Source: an uncultured Armatimonadetes bacterium | GTDB taxonomy: Bacteria; Armatimonadota; Hebobacteria; Hebobacterales; Hebobacteraceae | DNA: 64,000 nt | Direction of reading: 5' to 3' | Assembly (NCBI GenBank): GCA_963716175.1 | Contig: OY970296.1 | Span: forward strand, 704,001-768,000 | In this document: positions 18,527 through 28,924 of the stretch, in pieces | How positions within the stretch are numbered: the first letter of the stretch is position 1 | Layout of the letters: each line of letters starts with the position of its first letter | Made by a program: the position numbers and the translations under genes | Notes under the pieces: model-generated | Told to the model about the DNA's origin: nothing | Database searches by the model: none | Seen by the model: the letters and a program-made list of their open reading frames with translations, nothing else

Positions 18527-20311
18527 TTGGCGAGGATTAGTGCAGCACGCAGCGCGGGGAACTGGCTCACTGCCATCATCGTGCTGCTGCCGCCGCTCAC
18601 CGTAGCGATGTGGGCTGGCGCGCAGCCCGAACACAGCGTCCGGGGCGGGGTGCGCCTATGGGACACAATTACCCCGCTTGCAGGGCCACCCGACCTGACG
18701 CAGCGCAAGGCCTGGCGTGCCATCACCACAGCCGCGTCAGGTCACCTTCAGGGCGACCTGGTGATAGAGACGGAGGCGCTGGCGGCGGCCTTTGCCTCGC
18801 GGCTCGGGAAGGTACTAGTGTATGACAGCGGGGAGCGGCCGCAGGGCGAGGCCACGGTCTACCCGGACGAGCTCTCGGGGAAGCAGGCCGTCATCGCCTC
18901 CACTGCGATCGCGGAACACAACGGCGTGGTGATAGCAGAGGCTGACTTCCGCGCGCCCGGGGCGGACAGCCGTTCCATCGCCTTTTGGTTCACCGGTGAT
19001 CGCGTTCTCGCCGTCAGGCCAGAGGGAAGCACGCGCGGGATCACCCTGTCCGCCCCGATCGAGCTGGCCCTCGTGCCAAGCATCGTCGGGGACGACCTCC
19101 TCTACGATCCCCGCGACTATCCCTTGGCGGACACGCTCTTCCTGCCCTCCGAGCACCTGCTGCTTGGCCTGCTACAGGGAGGAGGCAGCATGCTGGTCAT
19201 GACTTGGCAGGAGGTGATGCCATCGGTTCGCCTGCAGTTGAGCAGCGCCGGCCCCGGGCAGAGGAGCATTGAGGGGGTCAGCTTCGTGGGCGGCAAGGAC
19301 ATCTCTCTGGCCCTGCTCAACGCCCCCGGCATTTGGCACCGGGAGCGCTTGAACCCCTCCTTTCTGGAGCGGGACGTCGCCATCAAATGGAGGCCGCCCT
19401 TCCCAGCGCTGTGGCTCACCCAGCTCAACGAGGACGAGGTGAAGACGACCTTCGAGTTCCGGCAGGAGAAGGAGGAGCAGTGGCGGGGCGGCATCGGCTC
19501 CTACACTTTCCCGACCTGGTTCTCGGACGGAAAGGCAATGTTGTCGCTCAGCAAGCAGATCCTGCCCGAGGGGGAGGCCACTATCTACTTTCTGGAGCGG
19601 AGCGAGGACACGCCAGAGGAGGTCGAGAGCCCCATGGACATCGCGCAGCACACCCTCGCGGGCGACGCCCGGGTCGGCGTCCTCGACGTCGAGGGACGAC
19701 CGACCTGGTGGCCCATGCGGCCTGACGCGGTGATCGGCGGAGAGACCTGCAACGTCACCGACGAACTCATGAAGATCTTCGATGCCGGACAGGAGATGGA
19801 GAAGCAAGCCATCGTCAGAGGTGGCGTGGAGGACATGTATTTCCACCTCGAGATAATGTTCGAGCGAAACGGGCGCTTCTTCCCCTTTGCCCAGGATATG
19901 GTCGCGTTCCTGGACGCGCAGGCGAAGGCGAAACCGGGACTAGCCCTGTACCTGCGCGAGACGCGCAGTATCGCGGAGCAGATGATCGCCACCTATGACA
20001 GCGCGCGAGACACGCTGCGAGACATGGGCTATGCCCACGAACTGGGGGCGAAGACCATTGCTCTCGCCGCCGGAAAACGCCCTGGCAATCTGCAGCGCAT
20101 GATGGAGCTGAAGCAGGAATGGATCGGCATGGGCGGCGCCGCGGAGGAGCTTTCGCGGAGGGAGAACAGCTTCGCCCGGAAGCTATACCAGCAGGCGGCC
20201 TATCTCGCGGCGGCAGACCCCGAAGCAGTAGCGGTTGCAGAGGAGATCAGGAAACGGACGAAGCAGTGCCTGCAGAGACCCGATAGCTACGAGATCTGGG
20301 CGAACTACTGA
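18527..20311 (+). CDS. Hypothetical secreted protein
   Basis: AGGAGG RBS with TTG 18527; N-terminal hydrophobic segment; long ORF with coding-like composition. Confidence 0.7.
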   Translation: MARISAARSAGNWLTAIIVLLPPLTVAMWAGAQPEHSVRGGVRLWDTITPLAGPPDLTQRKAWRAITTAASGHLQGDLVIETEALAAAFASRLGKVLVYDSGERPQGEATVYPDELSGKQAVIASTAIAEHNGVVIAEADFRAPGADSRSIAFWFTGDRVLAVRPEGSTRGITLSAPIELALVPSIVGDDLLYDPRDYPLADTLFLPSEHLLLGLLQGGGSMLVMTWQEVMPSVRLQLSSAGPGQRSIEGVSFVGGKDISLALLNAPGIWHRERLNPSFLERDVAIKWRPPFPALWLTQLNEDEVKTTFEFRQEKEEQWRGGIGSYTFPTWFSDGKAMLSLSKQILPEGEATIYFLERSEDTPEEVESPMDIAQHTLAGDARVGVLDVEGRPTWWPMRPDAVIGGETCNVTDELMKIFDAGQEMEKQAIVRGGVEDMYFHLEIMFERNGRFFPFAQDMVAFLDAQAKAKPGLALYLRETRSIAEQMIATYDSARDTLRDMGYAHELGAKTIALAAGKRPGNLQRMMELKQEWIGMGGAAEELSRRENSFARKLYQQAAYLAAADPEAVAVAEEIRKRTKQCLQRPDSYEIWANY

Positions 20312-20437
20312 GTCCTGATGGGCCATCCCCGCCATCGGCCGGGCGCGAAGGCTGGGCCATCCGAGGAGGTAGCAGAGGCGGCTGGCGCAGAGAATGCCAT
20401 CTGAGGCCGACAGAGACCGGGGAATGGATGCTGACTT

Positions 20438-21676
20438 ATGTCAGTGAGTCGTAAGGACCGAGATGTCCTGAGGGGACTCGCCCAACGGGTGGCGGAGATC
20501 GCGGCCCTGCCCGTGCAGCAGGAGACGATCTGCTTGTGGAAGGCGCTCAACGGCCTCAGGCCCGTCCGACCCATGGTGATGATTGACCAGATTCCATGGC
20601 ACGAGATGGAGGTCGGACAGGAACTCACCCTGCAGACCGAAGATGACTTCTGCCGTGAGGTCGAGACAACGCTTCGCAGGAGTCTTTACGCCTGGCGGCA
20701 CATGCGGGCCGACATGGTGGTCGAGCCAGTAGTGGAGATTCCGAAGGTCATCCGCGGCGAGGGCTTCGGAATAGAGATCGTCGAGAGAACCGCGGTCACA
20801 GACCCCAGAAACGATATCGTCGGTCATGCCTACCTTGACCAACTGCAGACGGAGGATGATCTGCGGAAGATCCGCGAGCCAGAGATCTACCTCGATGAGC
20901 AGGCCGCCGCCGAGGCGCACGAGAAGGCGCAAGGGATCTTCGGCGGGGTACTCGAGGTGCGCATGCAGGGACGATTCCCCGTGTTCGCCCCGTGGGATCT
21001 GATCGTCCAATGGCGCAGCCCGGAACACGCCATCCTCGACCTGGTTGACAAGCCGCAGTTCATGCACGGCATCATGGCTCGCCTCACCGAGGTGCATCTC
21101 TCGCTGCTCGGCCAGCTAGAGCAGCGGGGGTTGCTAGGCTCGGGACAGCGCACCATCCACTGCACCGGCGCATATGTGGACGAGCTTCCCGCCCCCGGCT
21201 TCGACCCAGAGCATCCCCGGGCAAGGGATCTCTGGACCTATGGCATGGCGCAGGTGTTCTCGACGGTCTCCCCAGCCATGCACGAGGAGTTTTGGCTGGA
21301 CTACGCCGCGAAGTGGTTCGCGCGGTTCGGTCTTGGCTACTACGGGTGCTGTGAGCCGCTGCACGGGAAGATTGACATCATCCGGAAGGTCCCGCACATC
21401 AGGAAGATCTCTATGAGTCCCTGGGTGGACGTGGAGACGGGCGCGGAGCGGATCGGCCGCGACTTCGTCTTCTCGCGCAAGCCCAGCCCGGCTCTTCTCG
21501 CTGGCGACACGTGGGACCCGGATCGGGTGGAGAAGGACCTGCGAGATACGCGGGAGCGGTGCGCCCGCCACGGATGCCCACTGGAGTTCATCCTGAAGGA
21601 CATCAGCACCGTCCAGTACCAGCCGCAGAGGCTGTGGGAGTGGGCACGAATCGCCGCGGAAGTGGTCGGACATTAG
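20438..21676 (+). CDS. URO-D/cobalamin-independent methyltransferase-like TIM-barrel protein
   Basis: AQVFSTVSPAMHEEF, YYGCCEPLH, RKISMSPW, FSRKPSP, ILKDIST. Confidence 0.8.
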   Translation: MSVSRKDRDVLRGLAQRVAEIAALPVQQETICLWKALNGLRPVRPMVMIDQIPWHEMEVGQELTLQTEDDFCREVETTLRRSLYAWRHMRADMVVEPVVEIPKVIRGEGFGIEIVERTAVTDPRNDIVGHAYLDQLQTEDDLRKIREPEIYLDEQAAAEAHEKAQGIFGGVLEVRMQGRFPVFAPWDLIVQWRSPEHAILDLVDKPQFMHGIMARLTEVHLSLLGQLEQRGLLGSGQRTIHCTGAYVDELPAPGFDPEHPRARDLWTYGMAQVFSTVSPAMHEEFWLDYAAKWFARFGLGYYGCCEPLHGKIDIIRKVPHIRKISMSPWVDVETGAERIGRDFVFSRKPSPALLAGDTWDPDRVEKDLRDTRERCARHGCPLEFILKDISTVQYQPQRLWEWARIAAEVVGH

Positions 21677-21726
21677 GCGCGGCGGCCACCGGCCGCTTGG
21701 CCGGGCGCGAGCAGGGCGCGCTCGGT

Positions 21727-23073
21727 TCAGGTTCCCCCTGTGATCATCCCGCGGGGGAGGGGATCTTCCCTCTCTCTCCAACGAGTGCGGGCTGCCTGCT
21801 GGGCGAGTTCTCCTGCCATCCACTTCCGGAGCGTGCTGAGTCGAGCCTCCGCCGCCTTCAGCCGGCGGTCCAGCCGCATCTCGGCGAAGGTGGTGATCAG
21901 CTCGTTGTGGGCTTCGCAGGTCCAGAGGTTCCGGAATGCGGCGTAGTCGCGGCGGCCCCGGCGAGTGCTGACATCGGCGGCGTGGAACTTCACGAAACCA
22001 TAGTAGGAGGCGCCGTGAACCGTGGTCCAGGCCTCGAAGTACTCCTGGTGCAACCGGTCATCCTTGAGGACCCGCGAGATCTCCCGGAGCCACTGGTGGA
22101 GGTGCGCGCGCTCTTTGCCGCGGATCATCTGAAGCCGCCCTGACTCAGGGCCGAGCTTGGTGAACACGGGCTTGAGAGAGGCCTTGATTCTGCCGCTCGC
22201 CTCTGTGAACTTCAGCAAGACCGGCATGCCCACCCACCAGAGCCTGTCACGCGGATTGAGCTCAACCATGCGCGCGTCGAACACGAGGTTGCCCAGGCTG
22301 TAGGCGATCGGCGTCCCCCGCCAGGTCTCCACGGCCTGCGGGATATGCGGATGGGTGTTAACCACCGCGCTCGCCCCGGCCTCGGCGAACGCACGGTTCA
22401 TCGCCACCACCCGCGGGCTGGGGAGCGGGTTCATCTCGTTTCCGCCGTGGGTGAACACCAGCACTAGGTCGTGCTTCCTCCGCAGCTCGATGATGGTGCG
22501 GATCATGTCGAAGGGCTTCAGTCCTGCCCCCCCTGGGGAGTCCCTTCGTGCCACTCCGAATTCGTGTTCACAGGCATTGAGGATGGCGACTGAGAACCCA
22601 TGGGTGCTGATCGCCAGCGGCATTGATGCGTGCCGGTGGTCCTTCCCCGCACCTACCGTCCGCAGGCCGCGACGACGCAAGGCCTGGATGGTGTCCATGA
22701 CCGCGTTCGGGCCATGATCGAGGATGTGGTTATTGGCCAAGAGGGCGATTTCGAAACGCCCCTTCAGCAAGTCCGCGGTCTCCGGCGGCGCTGACAAGTG
22801 AGGGCCGGACTTGACGATTGGATGCTTCCTGGTCAGCAGTGGGGCCTCGACGTTCACGATCCTCAGATCCGCCGCGGACAGCAGCTCGTCTACACCTGAG
22901 AACAGGTCTTGTGCCGCCGACTTGCGGGGTCGGGGGAATGGACAGAAGTCCCCGGTCGCGCAGATCACCAGTTCTCTTGCCACCGATGCCTCCGCATCAA
23001 CGGTAGATGGGCGCTCATCGCCGCGGACATGGTTTCGACCTGAAGGAACGCAGCTCATCCCGCGGGGATTCAT
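21727..23073 (-). CDS. CapA/PGA_cap family metallophosphoesterase
   Basis: GDF, VNVEAP, LANNHILD, HGGNE, HPH, YSLGN; start uncertain. Confidence 0.85.
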   Translation of the reverse strand: MNPRGMSCVPSGRNHVRGDERPSTVDAEASVARELVICATGDFCPFPRPRKSAAQDLFSGVDELLSAADLRIVNVEAPLLTRKHPIVKSGPHLSAPPETADLLKGRFEIALLANNHILDHGPNAVMDTIQALRRRGLRTVGAGKDHRHASMPLAISTHGFSVAILNACEHEFGVARRDSPGGAGLKPFDMIRTIIELRRKHDLVLVFTHGGNEMNPLPSPRVVAMNRAFAEAGASAVVNTHPHIPQAVETWRGTPIAYSLGNLVFDARMVELNPRDRLWWVGMPVLLKFTEASGRIKASLKPVFTKLGPESGRLQMIRGKERAHLHQWLREISRVLKDDRLHQEYFEAWTTVHGASYYGFVKFHAADVSTRRGRRDYAAFRNLWTCEAHNELITTFAEMRLDRRLKAAEARLSTLRKWMAGELAQQAARTRWREREDPLPRGMITGGT

Positions 23074-23196
23074 CGCGATCAGCTACGTGCTTCTCTATGG
23101 CGGCATCAGACACATGCCGGCCTGGCGAGTGCCCGCCATCGCTCAGCGGATAGCATACCACAGCGGACCCCGGTGCGCCTTGCGACCGCCTCTTCT

Positions 23197-23326
23197 GTAA
23201 CTGGTAACTCACGGCGGGACAGGTTTCGCGGGCGCAACATATCGGCCCACGCGCCTGCAGCGACACACCACATGTTGTGGCTCCGACGCGGATCTGAAGC
23301 CATCCCCGCAGAGCGTTACCAGTTAC
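23197..23326. mobile_element. 130-bp MITE with IS66-type ends
   Basis: TIRs GTAACTGGTAAC / GTTACCAGTTAC; 8-bp direct repeat CCTCTTCT at 23189-23196 and 23327-23334. Confidence 0.85.
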
Positions 23327-23556
23327 CCTCTTCTCGCTAGCTCAGCAATCAGTCCTCAGTCCTGCGTCGGGGCAGTGCTTACCCGGGATGCGGGTCGCAT
23401 TCGCACGGCCGCGGATGCTGAGGTGATGCTCTCAAGGCCGTACTGCCGCGGGCTGATAGGCGCAGGCTGCGTGGCAACTGTGGTGCGCGATGGCGGAGAA
23501 GGCTCTCGACCGAGGTCCGTCTGCTGCTGCGGTGGGGCCGCTGTCGATCGCTGCGG

Positions 23557-25011
23557 CTAGTGAAGAGAGAAACCGGGTGCCGCCCGCGACGACACCGGGT
23601 TCAGAATATGAGGCGATTCTGTGGACTGGCCCGACCGCGCGTCGAAGTCTGCCAGTTCGCCATGTTCCCAGAGGTCGGTCAGCGCTTCCACGACAGTGGG
23701 ATCGAACTGGGTGCCAGCCAGAGCCTGGATCTGCAGAACTGCTGCCAGAGGGATTGCCCCGCGCCGGTAAGGCCGGTTGGAGACGATGGCGTGGAAAGCA
23801 TCTGCCACGGTAACCACGCGCGCCAGGAGGGGTATCTCCTCACCTTTCAGCCCGTCCGGATAGCCGCTGCCATCCCACCACTCGTGGTGGCTGCGGATCA
23901 TGGCGAGGGCCGAGGGACCAGGATTCAGGGGCTGGACAATGTCCTGGCCGATCAGCGTGTGCTGGTGGCAGGTATCAAGCTCTTCCTCCGTCAGAGGCCC
24001 CCGCTTCAGGAGCACGGCATCAGCGATCCCGATCTTGCCCAGATCGTGCAGAGGGCAGTAGGCCTCCAGGGCCTCGGCGGCACGCTCTCCCAGACCGAGC
24101 CTCTCGGCCAAGCGGAGCGCCAGCCAGGTGACGGCCTCCCCGTGGGCGGCGCTGTAGAAATCGCGGGCGGCGAGCGAACGCACCAGCGCGTGTAGGGTTC
24201 TGAAATAGGATTGCCTCAACTGCTGGTGAAGCTCCGCGCTCTCGATGGCTTTGCTGGCCATGTTGGCCAGGGTGGTGAGCAGGTTCAGGTCCTCGGTATC
24301 GAAGGTCGCCTGTCGGGTCGCTGCCAGGGAGCCGCTCACGACATCGGAGACCTTCATCGGGGCGGAGATAGTGGCGCGGATCTGATCCCAGGTTCGCAGT
24401 CGGTGCCCGATCTCGGGTGCGTCATGCAGACAGCGGATCGACGGGCCTGTCTTGGCCGCAGCCTTGGCGGCCGCAACCGGGTCGTCGGGACCTCCATCGC
24501 TTGGGCCGAGCAGGCCCGCGCTGCGCGTGTGAATGCACTCGCCTTTCGAGTTGTCCAGCAGCACGAGCGAGGCGGCATCGGCCTGCACCTGGGCTACCAG
24601 GGCCTCCACTACCAGCTCCGAGATGCGCTCGATATCTAGTGTCCCGGCCAGATGAACGCTGGTTTCGCAGAGCTTGTTGAGGCGGCTGATCCGGGCATCG
24701 AGGGCCCGGGCAGTGTCGTGGAGTTGGTCGATCAGGCTGCGGTTCTGGGCGCGCTGCTCGCGTTCCTTATCGGCGAAATAGGCAACGGTGCAAGCGAGAA
24801 ATGCCAGCAGGCCGATGAGCAGCAGCGGCTCGGAGTAGTCGGCCGTCGTGATCTCCTGCCCATAGGCGACCAAGAGAACGAAGGCCAGGCCCAGCACCCC
24901 AGCCAGAGATAAGGCCAGCCATAAGAGCTGCTTCCTGCGCCTGTCCGGGGTGTAATCCCCATCCACGGCGAGTGATGTTAGGTCTGTCGGACTGTTCTGT
25001 GCAGCGCCCAA
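23557..25011 (-). CDS. Membrane-anchored GAF + HD-GYP phosphodiesterase
   Basis: Two TM helices, GAF segment, LHDLGKIG, HHEWWDGSGYPDGL. Confidence 0.88.
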   Translation of the reverse strand: MGAAQNSPTDLTSLAVDGDYTPDRRRKQLLWLALSLAGVLGLAFVLLVAYGQEITTADYSEPLLLIGLLAFLACTVAYFADKEREQRAQNRSLIDQLHDTARALDARISRLNKLCETSVHLAGTLDIERISELVVEALVAQVQADAASLVLLDNSKGECIHTRSAGLLGPSDGGPDDPVAAAKAAAKTGPSIRCLHDAPEIGHRLRTWDQIRATISAPMKVSDVVSGSLAATRQATFDTEDLNLLTTLANMASKAIESAELHQQLRQSYFRTLHALVRSLAARDFYSAAHGEAVTWLALRLAERLGLGERAAEALEAYCPLHDLGKIGIADAVLLKRGPLTEEELDTCHQHTLIGQDIVQPLNPGPSALAMIRSHHEWWDGSGYPDGLKGEEIPLLARVVTVADAFHAIVSNRPYRRGAIPLAAVLQIQALAGTQFDPTVVEALTDLWEHGELADFDARSGQSTESPHILNPVSSRAAPGFSLH

Positions 25012-25476
25012 GTCTGTCCCCCCTCAGCCCCGGCTGCCGGCCGGCTGCGGGAACGCCCACCTGGCCGCCTACCGCCTGCTAGGCGCCAAGACCGTTGTTC
25101 CATAGTCTGCAGGCTACTTACCAAGCGAAGCGGTGGGCGCCGGATGAGCCCGGTGGCGATAGCCGTGGCAGGCCCCACTAGGCCCGCCGGCTGCGCCCCA
25201 GGGGGAGACAGTCGGCAACCTCAGCAGAGCCCGTCCAGGGCGCCCCACGTCCAAGACAGGGCGCGAGAGATGAGGGCGTCTAGTGCCCTGGCCAATCCCA
25301 GAGCCCGGGGAGGGCGAGAGGAGATGCTGTGGGTGTCAACCGTGTCCGAGACCGCCGCGAGTAGACCCATGCCGCCCCTATGGCCCCGCAGCGACAGCGC
25401 CCCCGCGTGCGTGACCGACCTGAGACCTGTGCAACGGCCCCATCCTGCTGGACGGAGTCCTGCCCGGGAACGGGGC

Positions 25477-26844
25477 TTACTCGTATAGCCTATCCATCTG
25501 CCGCTTCGCCCGCGCCAGCGCGTCCTTCGCGGAGATGTCTTCGTTCAGGTACTTCTGGAACTCCACCCCGACGATATCGGCGACCCGCTGCCAGGTCAGA
25601 GGATCGGGGATGCAGTAACCCTTGTCCACCGTGGGGCGCAGAGACTGCATCCAGGCCGGGAGGCGGTATCCCGGGTCCACCAGAGTGCGCAGCGACGCGA
25701 TGCTCCGGGGCAACGCTGGTGGCCGGTAGCCTGGCTGCTGGCGCTGGTAGGGGTACTTGATCACGATCATCTTCCCGGCCTTGCCCACACCAGGCTGAAG
25801 GTCATAACAGAAACCCTCGAGCAGGACGCGCGCCGCCTCCTTTGCCACTGGAGAGGCCTTCGGAATGACCCCAATGTAGTGCGCTACCAGGGCGCCCACC
25901 CGGTTGCTGTCAGGGGAGGGACCGATGCCGATGTGCTTCTCGCCGTCTTTCATCTCGCGGATCGCCCAGAAACCGCGCGACTGCCAGTTGGGAAAGAAGA
26001 TAGCGATCTTGGCGCGGAAATCGTCCGCTGACTGATAGGGCGTGAGCGCTCCCTTTGGCATCAGCCCCTGGGTATACCAGCGCTTGAGCGTCTCGAAGGT
26101 CTTCACTGCCTCTGGGCTGGCGACATCGAGGTGGCTCATTGTATCCGTCACGCTGCCGCGGAAGGAGCGCAGCATCGGCACATACGCGTTCTGAGTGAAG
26201 AAGCTGGGCGACAGGTCGAGAGTCACGCCGTACTGCTTCTTCTCCGGATTGCGCAGCCGGCGGGCCATCTCTTCCAGTTCTTGATAGGTCCGCGGCGGAT
26301 CTTTGTCCGGGAGCCCGTTCTCGCGCAGCATGTCCCGCCGGTAGTTGAGGGCCATGATCTCTCCCAGCCACGGGAGCCCGTAGAGGTGCTGCGCTCCCGT
26401 CCTGGGATCGGCCAATCTGCAGTTCTGCAGATAGCCCGGCAGGAACTCGCCGAGCAGCCCGGCCTCCAACTCCGGCTTCAGCAGATCGTCGAGCGGCTCC
26501 AGGAATCCTCCTTCCGCGTAGCGCGTGATGGTCTCGTTGTTGGTGGTCAGCAGCAGGTCGAACGGCGTGGTGCTCGCCCGCCAGGGAAGCATCAGGGTGA
26601 TCTCGTTCGCCTCCGGCATGATGCGCAGGTCAACGCGGATGTCCGGATGGCGTTGCTCGAAGGCGCGAATGACGCGCTCCAGATCCTTGTCCGGGGTCAT
26701 GAACTCCGAGTACTGCCAGGAGTCCACCATCACCCGCACGCTCGTGATGCCGCCTTTGCGCGGGTGATAGATGTTGAGACGGCGCTCGGCCGCGAACCCG
26801 AGGAACAAGATGCCGAGCAGCGCCAGGGAGATCGTCTTGTGCAT
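25477..26844 (-). CDS. Carbohydrate ABC substrate-binding protein
   Basis: FEQRHPDIRV, LYGLPW, LNYRRDML, PPRTYQEL; operon with two permeases. Confidence 0.85.
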   Translation of the reverse strand: MHKTISLALLGILFLGFAAERRLNIYHPRKGGITSVRVMVDSWQYSEFMTPDKDLERVIRAFEQRHPDIRVDLRIMPEANEITLMLPWRASTTPFDLLLTTNNETITRYAEGGFLEPLDDLLKPELEAGLLGEFLPGYLQNCRLADPRTGAQHLYGLPWLGEIMALNYRRDMLRENGLPDKDPPRTYQELEEMARRLRNPEKKQYGVTLDLSPSFFTQNAYVPMLRSFRGSVTDTMSHLDVASPEAVKTFETLKRWYTQGLMPKGALTPYQSADDFRAKIAIFFPNWQSRGFWAIREMKDGEKHIGIGPSPDSNRVGALVAHYIGVIPKASPVAKEAARVLLEGFCYDLQPGVGKAGKMIVIKYPYQRQQPGYRPPALPRSIASLRTLVDPGYRLPAWMQSLRPTVDKGYCIPDPLTWQRVADIVGVEFQKYLNEDISAKDALARAKRQMDRLYE

Positions 26845-26847
26845 CGC

Positions 26848-27705
26848 TTACCCCTTGACCGCGCCGGCGGTGAGTCCGCGCATGAAGTACTTCTGCAGCA
26901 GCAAGAAGAGGATGATCACCGGCACGAAGGAGAGCATCACAGAGGAGAAGAGGACCCCGTAATCCCAGTGCTGCCATTGCCCTTGCAGCAATTGGATGCC
27001 CACCGGCAGGGTGCGCGCTTCGTCGCTCCAGTTGTTCATGGTGAGGGCGAAGATGAACTCGTTCCAGGCGCTGAGAAAGATGAGCGTGCCCGCGGCGGCG
27101 AGGCCGCTGGCGCCCATTGGCACCATGATCTGCCAGAAGCTTTCCCACCAACTGCAGCCGTCCACCCGCGCCGCGTCCAGCAGTTCCTGCGGCGTCGCCA
27201 GGAAGACACTGTGCATCACGAAGATAGTGAGGGGCAGGTTGAAGGCGCTGTAGGTGAGTGTCAGGCCGGTGAGCGTGTTCAGCAGGTGGTAATGGCTCAG
27301 CAGCTCGTACTGTCCGATCAACCCCACCTCGCCCGGCACCATCATCGTGCCCAGGAAGATGAGCAGGAGCGCCCGGTCGCCCTTGAACCGGAAGCGGGAG
27401 AGCGCGTACGCGGCAAGGCTGCCGATGAACAACGTCAGCACGACAGTGCCGATCGAGACCAGCACGCTGTTTCGGTAGTACAGCCCGAACCCCACCATCC
27501 GCTCGAACATCTGGGTGTAGTTGCCGAAGGTGTAGGTGTGCGGCAGGAAGGTCAGGTGCTTGCTGTACAGCTCCTCGTGTGGTTTCAGCGACGACAGAAT
27601 CACCCACAGGAACGGCAAGATGCTGCATATGCTGACCATGGCCAGCACCAGGTAGAGCAGCCCGCTGCCGCCGTATCGTTTCACCTTGCCCGCGGCGATC
27701 GCCAT
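26848..27705 (-). CDS. Carbohydrate ABC permease (MalG-like)
   Basis: ELLDAARVDGCS EAA loop, AWNEF; start overlaps the upstream stop (TGATG). Confidence 0.9.
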   Translation of the reverse strand: MAIAAGKVKRYGGSGLLYLVLAMVSICSILPFLWVILSSLKPHEELYSKHLTFLPHTYTFGNYTQMFERMVGFGLYYRNSVLVSIGTVVLTLFIGSLAAYALSRFRFKGDRALLLIFLGTMMVPGEVGLIGQYELLSHYHLLNTLTGLTLTYSAFNLPLTIFVMHSVFLATPQELLDAARVDGCSWWESFWQIMVPMGASGLAAAGTLIFLSAWNEFIFALTMNNWSDEARTLPVGIQLLQGQWQHWDYGVLFSSVMLSFVPVIILFLLLQKYFMRGLTAGAVKG

Positions 27706-28715
27706 CACTCGCGCTCCTTCGAGAGCTGGAAGGAGATGACAGAGACGACGAAGATGAAGACGGCAAGCGCCCAGGCCAGCGCGGAGGCGTAGCCGAACCT
27801 GAACTTGCCGTAGCGGAAGGCGACGTTGTAGAGGTACAGCACCATGGAGAGAGTCGAGTCGCCCGGGCCGCCCTGGGTCATGATGAACATCTGCCCAAAG
27901 ACCTTGAGCGCGCCGATCATGGCCAGCAGGCCAACCAGGAAGACCATGGGGCGCAGCAGCGGGATCGTGACCTTCACCAGCGCCTGCCAGCCTGTGGCCC
28001 CGTCCACCCGCGCCGCCTCGGTCAGCTCTGGCGGGATGCGCTGGAGGCCCACCAGGAAGAGCAGCATGTTGAACCCCAGCCCATGCCAGACGCACATCGC
28101 CACCACCGCCGGCATCGCGAGCTTCGGATCGGAGAGCCAGCTATAGCCCTCTTTCATGCCGGCGTACTCACGCAAGAGCATGTTAGCGACCCCGTATTCC
28201 GGGTGGTAGATCCAGGTCCAGATGATGGAGACCACGGCCACCGAAACAACCACCGGGATGAAGTTCAGCGTGCGGAAGAGCGTCGCCAGCCGGCCCGCCC
28301 GCTCCACCAGCACGGCCAGGAGCAGAGGCAGGATGACCGCGGCGGGCACGTACATGATGGTGAAGCGAACGGTGTTCCAGAACGCACCCCCAGGGGTGTT
28401 GATGGTCAGCCAGAGCACGAGCAACGGGTAGAAGGCGATCTGCCACCCGGAGAGGTGACCCTTGGGCAGCACCAGCCCCGGCCAGCCCTTCACCCTCTCG
28501 TCCTGGAGCATCTCGTGATAGTTGCCCAGGCTCACCCAATGCATCTGCTCGGGGCGGAGGAAGTTGTAGTCGGTGAAGCTGAGGTAGAGCGAGCGCAAGA
28601 TCGGGTAGAGCGTGAACATCCCGAAGAGCAGCACCGCGGGGAAGACGAAGGCGTACGGATTGTCGAGGCTAAAACTCCTTCGCTTGACAGCGGTTGTCGA
28701 GGTGGGGGTGCTCAT
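27705..28715 (-). CDS. Carbohydrate ABC permease (MalF-like)
   Basis: ELTEAARVDGA EAA loop, MTQGGP, FGYASA. Confidence 0.9.
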   Translation of the reverse strand: MSTPTSTTAVKRRSFSLDNPYAFVFPAVLLFGMFTLYPILRSLYLSFTDYNFLRPEQMHWVSLGNYHEMLQDERVKGWPGLVLPKGHLSGWQIAFYPLLVLWLTINTPGGAFWNTVRFTIMYVPAAVILPLLLAVLVERAGRLATLFRTLNFIPVVVSVAVVSIIWTWIYHPEYGVANMLLREYAGMKEGYSWLSDPKLAMPAVVAMCVWHGLGFNMLLFLVGLQRIPPELTEAARVDGATGWQALVKVTIPLLRPMVFLVGLLAMIGALKVFGQMFIMTQGGPGDSTLSMVLYLYNVAFRYGKFRFGYASALAWALAVFIFVVSVISFQLSKERE

Positions 28716-28924
28716 GCCGGGTTCCGATGACTGGCCGTTACCGGAGTATTTGCTCGCCGCGGCCCATTCCCCTTGTGGCCGGAGCTGGGCATGCTGTCCA
28801 GGCGGCGGTCTGCGGCTGAACTAGCCAGGCTCGGCGGCATCGCCGGGTCAGGCCCGCTGCCCCTGGCGTCTCCACGCTTGATAGCTGGCCCGCTGAGAGC
28901 TATAGGAAGTCACATGCAGCGGAT

